A stretch of DNA of 41,038 nt from Octopus bimaculoides (lineage: Eukaryota): NCBI RefSeq assembly GCF_001194135.2, contig NC_068999.1:11741130-11782167 (forward strand), read 5' to 3'. Of this stretch, positions 35,271 through 41,038 are shown piece by piece (within the stretch, counting starts at the first letter, position 1; the number at the start of each line of letters is the position of its first letter). Both the position numbers and the translations under genes were made by a program. A model generated the notes under the pieces. That model did no database searches and was not told where the DNA came from. It saw only the letters and a program-made list of their open reading frames with translations.

Positions 35271-36298
35271 TGCTATGTCTTTTTTGGTTTCTTTTTCTTT
35301 TTGGTTCTGACCGTTGTTTACCTTTGAGGCAGGAATGCAGCCTTCATATATCACCTTAGTGTGTTTGCAATAACAGCCAAATCGCACAGCAACGCTTAAA
35401 ATGTAGTTAAACACTTACAGCAAAAGAACGTATGATTACGGAACGGATGCTTTCTGTCACAGGTGAACCACGGTTAATTAAATGTGACTAATGATAACAT
35501 TTACTGCTTTCTGTTTTTTTGGGGTTTTTTTTTAGAATAAAAACCACAGAAGAATAGAAAGAACTCATTCCTTGGCTATAGTTATTTCGCACTTATTCAC
35601 CCCTCATCATACTCACCTTTGATCAAGTATTCTCTACTAATGCACTCTCCATCTTTTTCCTCTATAGATGTATTCTGGCAGCTGATTGATTTTTTAAGAC
35701 AATAGATGTTACTTAAGGAAGATTTGGTTTCTATATAACGACGTTTAAACAATGGCGGACTAGCAGTCTTGTTGCCTTGTTACTTCGTGATATATTTCTC
35801 TTGAAATCATCATAAAATAATAGAAATATATTGTACTTTCTTTTAACAAGCATAAGGATTGTTGATCAGTTGTTGGCGATCTGTTCTATAACATTCTTCG
35901 AAATGGAATAATTCCATTGTCGCATAAGCATATATTTTTCACCCGATTATATTGCAATGTTGGTTAAAACATGTATAATGTATAGAATTTTTGTTACAAT
36001 ACTGGTTAAAATGTATTATAATTTTTACGTCAATAGCGTCTTAATATTCGCTTATTGCTATAGCTGAAAACGTTCTTGACAAAGTTGATTGAACAGAAAT
36101 TCCATGAAAGACTTGTCAGATATAACCATCTTGTCTGCTTTTCACACACAAGTGTTACATTATCAAATCTTTTGTTCTTATTTTTTAAAATTCATTGCCA
36201 TTTTTTTAATGATAATTTCTCTGTGATTTCTTAATATATTGTCTATGATATTGTCTATATATATATACACTTGCAGTATCGTGTACTATTATAGAAAT

Positions 36299-36514
36299 AT
36301 TCATTTCTACTCTAAGCACAAGGCCAGAAATTTTGGGAGAGAGGACCAGTCGATTAGATCGACCCCAGTAGGCAACTGGTTCTTAATTATCGACCGCGAA
36401 AGGATGAAAAGCAAAGTTGACCTTAGCGGAATTTGAACTCAGAACATAAAGACAGACGAAATACCGCTAAGCATTTCGCCCGGCGTGCTAACGATTCTGC
36501 GAGCTCCATGCCTT
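36299..36514 (-). mobile_element. SINE family A, near full length
   Basis: ctctaagcacaaggcc...gtcgattagatcgacccc...ggaatttgaactcagaac...gcatttcgcccggcgtgctaacg. Confidence 0.9.
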
Positions 36515-36752
36515 AAACAATATAGGAACAGTCGCTTACTTTGCTTTTCTTTCATACAACACATACGGTGCCTTACAAAAGTCTACACCCCCTTTGAAAA
36601 TTTATATATTTTGTATAATTTAAGAGGGAACACATGTTTTCAATTCCAATATATGTTAAAATATAAGCAGACCCATCACACTTTCCTTTGATATAAAAAT
36701 TACATTTTAAAATTTTCACACTGATTCTTAAAAACATGTAACTTAGAAAAAT

Positions 36753-37155
36753 GTCAGACAAACAGATTAAGTCGATTATATCGACCTCCGTGCATAACTG
36801 GTACATATTTAATCGACCCCAAAAGGATGACAGGCAAGAATCGACCTCGGTGTAATTTGAACTCAGAACGTAGCGGAAGATGAAATACCCGTTAAGCATT
36901 TCGCCCGGCGTGCCAACGTTTCTTATTTCTTTACTGTCCACAAGGGGCTAAACATAGAGGGGACAAACAAGGACGGACAAGCAGATAAGGTCGATTATAT
37001 TGACCCCAGTTCGTAACTGGTACTTAATTTATCGACCCCGAAAGGGTGAAAGGCAAAGTCGACCTCGGCGGAATTTGAACTCAGAACATAACGGCAGACG
37101 AAATACCGTCAAGCATTTGGTCCAGCGTGCTAACGTTTCTGCCAGCTCACCGCCC
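36753..37155 (-). mobile_element. Head-to-tail dimer of SINE family A
   Basis: Unit 1 (36924-37155) starts ggcggtgagctggcagaaacgttagc on the minus strand. Junction ccaacgtttct|tatttcttt at 36923/36924. Confidence 0.92.
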
Positions 37156-38054
37156 GGGCATAATAATATTAAATATTGTTGATATTGTTGTTATAGTTGT
37201 CATCGTCTTCGTTCTTGTTATAGTTGTTAAAATTCTTCTTGTTGGTTCGATGGTTATGCGATTTAGGCAATAGACTATGGGATTTAGCAGAAATTTGTAG
37301 GTGAAGCCATGGCAGGAATTGCGAAGGAAAATAACAACCAGTAACGTATATACCGTTTATGAGGATGATTATGTTGACGACGACGGTGGCGGCGGCGGCA
37401 GCGACGAAGACGGTGACCGGCGGCGAACACGGCAACAATAAATTTGATGATGATGGATTTATTAATGGTTGTTTTTACCGTGATAGTGGGGCTCGTGCTT
37501 GGAGAAGTTGTTCTTGTGCTGGTGAAAGTAGTTATGAAAGCTGTGCAGATCGTGGTCATCAATGTAATCGTGGAGATGACGATAATGGTAGTGATGTTGG
37601 TGCTAGTAACGATGAATGTGAGGGTGATAGCGGTGGGATACACGTGTGTGTGTTTGTGTGTGTGTGTGTGTGCATGTGTTTGTGTGTGTGTGTGGTGTTG
37701 GCGATCTATACAGTAAAAGAATGATGGCCGTGTTCCCCTCAACGATGTACGTCATTAATGTTATTACAGTCAAAACGTAACTGATTGAGAAAAGGCGAAA
37801 GAAAGAATGAAAGAAAGAAAGAAAGAAAAAATGAAAAAAGGAAGGAAGGAAGGAGTAAGGAACGAACTAGAGAAAGAAAGATATCGAAAAGAAATATAAA
37901 AGTAAAGTAAGGGATCAGACCTTGATTTGCATTTGGACTATATTGAGATAATATCAAGAGATTATAGAAGTGAGTAGACGTGCAAATTGAAATAAATATA
38001 CAGAAATGTACTTAGAGGGAAAGATACACAAAATAGAAATCAAAATTTATAGAT

Positions 38055-38056
38055 GG

Positions 38057-38103
<47 letters not shown>

Positions 38104-38104
38104 C

Positions 38105-38143
<39 letters not shown>

Positions 38144-38192
38144 CAGATAGACAGATAGATAGATAGACAGATAGACAGATAGATAGATAGAC

Positions 38193-38246
<54 letters not shown>

Positions 38247-38350
38247 GAAGTTAGGTAGGTAGGTAGGTAGGTAGGTAGGTAGGTAGGTAGGTAGGTAGGT
38301 AGGTAGACCGATCGATAGATAGATTGATAGATAGTTTGGTTGATTGATAG
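38055..38350. repeat. (GATA)n/(GACA) then (GGTA)n tetranucleotide microsatellite
   Basis: Read directly from the sequence. Confidence 0.95.
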
Positions 38351-38930
38351 AGAGAGATACAGGCATATGTGCAAGAATGTTTCCACACATCGATACATAT
38401 ATGACAAAGTTGTGAGAAAATGAGTGAAATATTAACAGATAAATGGAACGAATTCTGAGAGAGATGCATGTTTATATGCATACAATTACAATATGTAGAC
38501 GGCGGATGAAGAAATTGTAGAGATATATACGTGTGTGTGTGTGTGTGTGTATGCGTATATGTGTGTGAGTAAACACACGTATATANNNNNNNNNNNNNNN
38601 NNNNNNNNNNNNNNNNNNNNNNNNNNNNNNNNNNNNNNNNNNNNNNNNNNNNNNNNNNNNNNNNNNNNNNNNNNNNNNNNNNNNNNNNNNNNNNNNNNNN
38701 NNNNNNNNNNNNNNNNNNNNNNNNNNNNNNNNNNNNNNNNNNNNNNNNNNNNNNNNNNNNNNNNNNNNNNNNNNNNNNNNNNNNNNNNNNNNNNNNNNNN
38801 NNNNNNNNNNNNNNNNNNNNNNNNNNNNNNNNNNNNNNNNNNNNNNNNNNNNNNNNNNNNNNNNNNNNNNNNNNNNNNNNNNNNNNNNNNNNNNNTATAT
38901 ATATATATGCATTTATATATATATATATAC

Positions 38931-38975
<45 letters not shown>

Positions 38976-40977
38976 CGCGTGTGTGTGTGTATGGGGAGGC
39001 GTATATTTGTGTACATTTCTATATACATCCATGCACACATATAAACATGGCAACAAATATACACAGTCAGCAGGAAGATAGAGTTATAAACTACGTCAGA
39101 GATAGCAGAAATGAATGCTAAGAGATGAAAACAGAGAAGACCTAATTTGCCCCGTAAGTACGTAGATGGACACGATAAAAGTTATTGGTTGGAAAACAAA
39201 GCAGAAAACGTCACGTTTGTGGATGAATACAGTAAATCACATAATGCCATCTCGCCTTTCTTTCTTCTGTCTCTCAATCCTTTACTCCAAATAATTTACT
39301 AGTCTTGTGTATAAAATGTTTTGTTTGCCGAGAGAGTAGCGAGGTTAATGAAATGAAATGAAAATAGAGAGATTGAAAGTAGCAGACAGACGGACACAAG
39401 ATGTCGGGAAAAGGTTAAAAAATTATGGAAAGGGAAACGACAAATGTAATGAAGGTGAAGATGGAACATATTACGGGAAATACGAAACCAACATGGCTGA
39501 AATCTAGCCTCGTTATATATATGTGTGCTTATAGATATATGTGTGTGTATGTGTGTGTGTTTGTGCGTAAAACTCTATGCATATANNNNNNNNNNNNNNN
39601 NNNNNNNNNNNNNNNNNNNNNNNNNNNNNNNNNNNNNNNNNNNNNNNNNNNNNNNNNNNNNNNNNNNNNNNNNNNNNNNNNNNNNNNNNNNNNNNNNNNN
39701 NNNNNNNNNNNNNNNNNNNNNNNNNNNNNNNNNNNNNNNNNNNNNNNNNNNNNNNNNNNNNNNNNNNNNNNNNNNNNNNNNNNNNNNNNNNNNNNNNNNN
39801 NNNNNNNNNNNNNNNNNNNNNNNNNNNNNNNNNNNNNNNNNNNNNNNNNNNNNNNNNNNNNNNNNNNNNNNNNNNNNNNNNNNNNNNNNNNNNNNNNNNN
39901 NNNNNNNNNNNNNNNNNNNNNNNNNNNNNNNNNNNNNNNNNNNNNNNNNNNNNNNNNNNNNNNNNNNNNNNNNNNNNNNNNNNNNNNNNNNNNNNNNNNN
40001 NNNNNNNNNNNNNNNNNNNNNNNNNNNNNNNNNNNNNNNNNNNNNNNNNNNNNNNNNNNNNNNNNNNNNNNNNNNNNNNNNNNNNNNNNNNNNNNNNNNN
40101 NNNNNNNNNNNNNNNNNNNNNNNNNNNNNNNNNNNNNNNNNNNNNNNNNNNNNNNNNNNNNNNNNNNNNNNNNNNNNNNNNNNNNNNNNNNNNNNNNNNN
40201 NGTGATAAGATGATAGTGCATGTACGAAGACCGCCAACCCTTCTTTGCCCACCATCATAAATCTCAGAAATGAAATGTACTTTTATATGTCTGCCGTGAG
40301 AGAGCGTAGAAGTGACTGAACCACCGACCTATAAAAAATAAAAAATTACCACGATCTCTAATATCTGTTCCTCTATCTCAAAACGTATTACTACTAATCT
40401 TTAATAATCTTACTACTTCTACCTCTACCATCAACATCACCACCACCAACAACAACCCCACCATCCCCACCATAATAATCACTAGAAATATCAGCGTTTG
40501 TTTAAACCCAGGTTGAGTGAGTGGGAAGAATACAGCAACCTCTCTCTTCCTCCATATACGCTTGCGTCTGATCTTCCGTAATGCTCGGGCGAGGTTAAAA
40601 TTGTCCAAATATTTCCGGTCACAGTCGTAGCTTCGTTTGGCTTGACTCGGCTTAGTTCGGCTTGACTCAGCTACGATGTGGTTTGGTTCAAACCTACCTC
40701 AGTTTTACTTGTCTAGGTTTAGTTTGCATTCGGTGCCGGCGGTATTGATTCGGGTATATTTGGTTCGGCTCTGTGTGCTTGAGTACGGAACGGAGTTTTC
40801 ATTTGAAAGTGGAGTGGGGGGGGAGCTTGGAATTGACCGTCGCTGGTTGATGACTTGCATATAAGAGCAATATTCAATTACAGGCTTCGCAAAGGCATTT
40901 ATGGTGTATGTGTGTAATTGTCTGTGCCTCCATGTGTGTTCGTGTGCATATAAATATATACATACACACACACACAC

Positions 40978-41027
<50 letters not shown>

Positions 41028-41038
41028 GTATATGTATA

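Noticed and set aside
40480-40690. Protein-like frames on both strands (DRKYLDNFNLARALRKIRRKRIW; LFKPRLSEWEEYSNLSLPPY)
   Set aside because: Short, no recognisable family, and no convincing paired splice sites.
40694-40701. let-7 seed match (CTACCTCA; TGAGGTAG on the minus strand)
   Set aside because: The rest does not match let-7, and one 8-mer is expected by chance in 41 kb.

Overview
Eukaryotic, AT-rich, repeat-saturated non-coding DNA from a gapped short-read assembly (15 N-gaps, about 5.7 kb). The microsatellite load and tRNA-derived SINE families point to an octopus/coleoid cephalopod genome (inference). No protein-coding gene could be recognised; nearly all ORFs in the track are microsatellite or gap artefacts. 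Supported content: many SINE copies (at least 4 families), decayed LINEs (RTE-like, R4/Dong-like, probable Tx1/L1-like), two Tc1/mariner remnants, a 221-bp solo-LTR-like insert with a 4-bp TSD nested inside a LINE, a 237-bp near-perfect palindrome, and a TAA-embedded repeat with an inverted partial copy. The most notable signal is four minimal type-I hammerhead-ribozyme motifs in four unrelated short elements (1897-1939, 2063-2098, 9583-9622, 22482-22527). Two of them have non-canonical cores, and one lies back-to-back with a tRNA-like Pol III head. This suggests several non-autonomous Penelope-like/retrozyme-like families. A second signal is the same head-to-tail SINE junction recurring at three separate loci.
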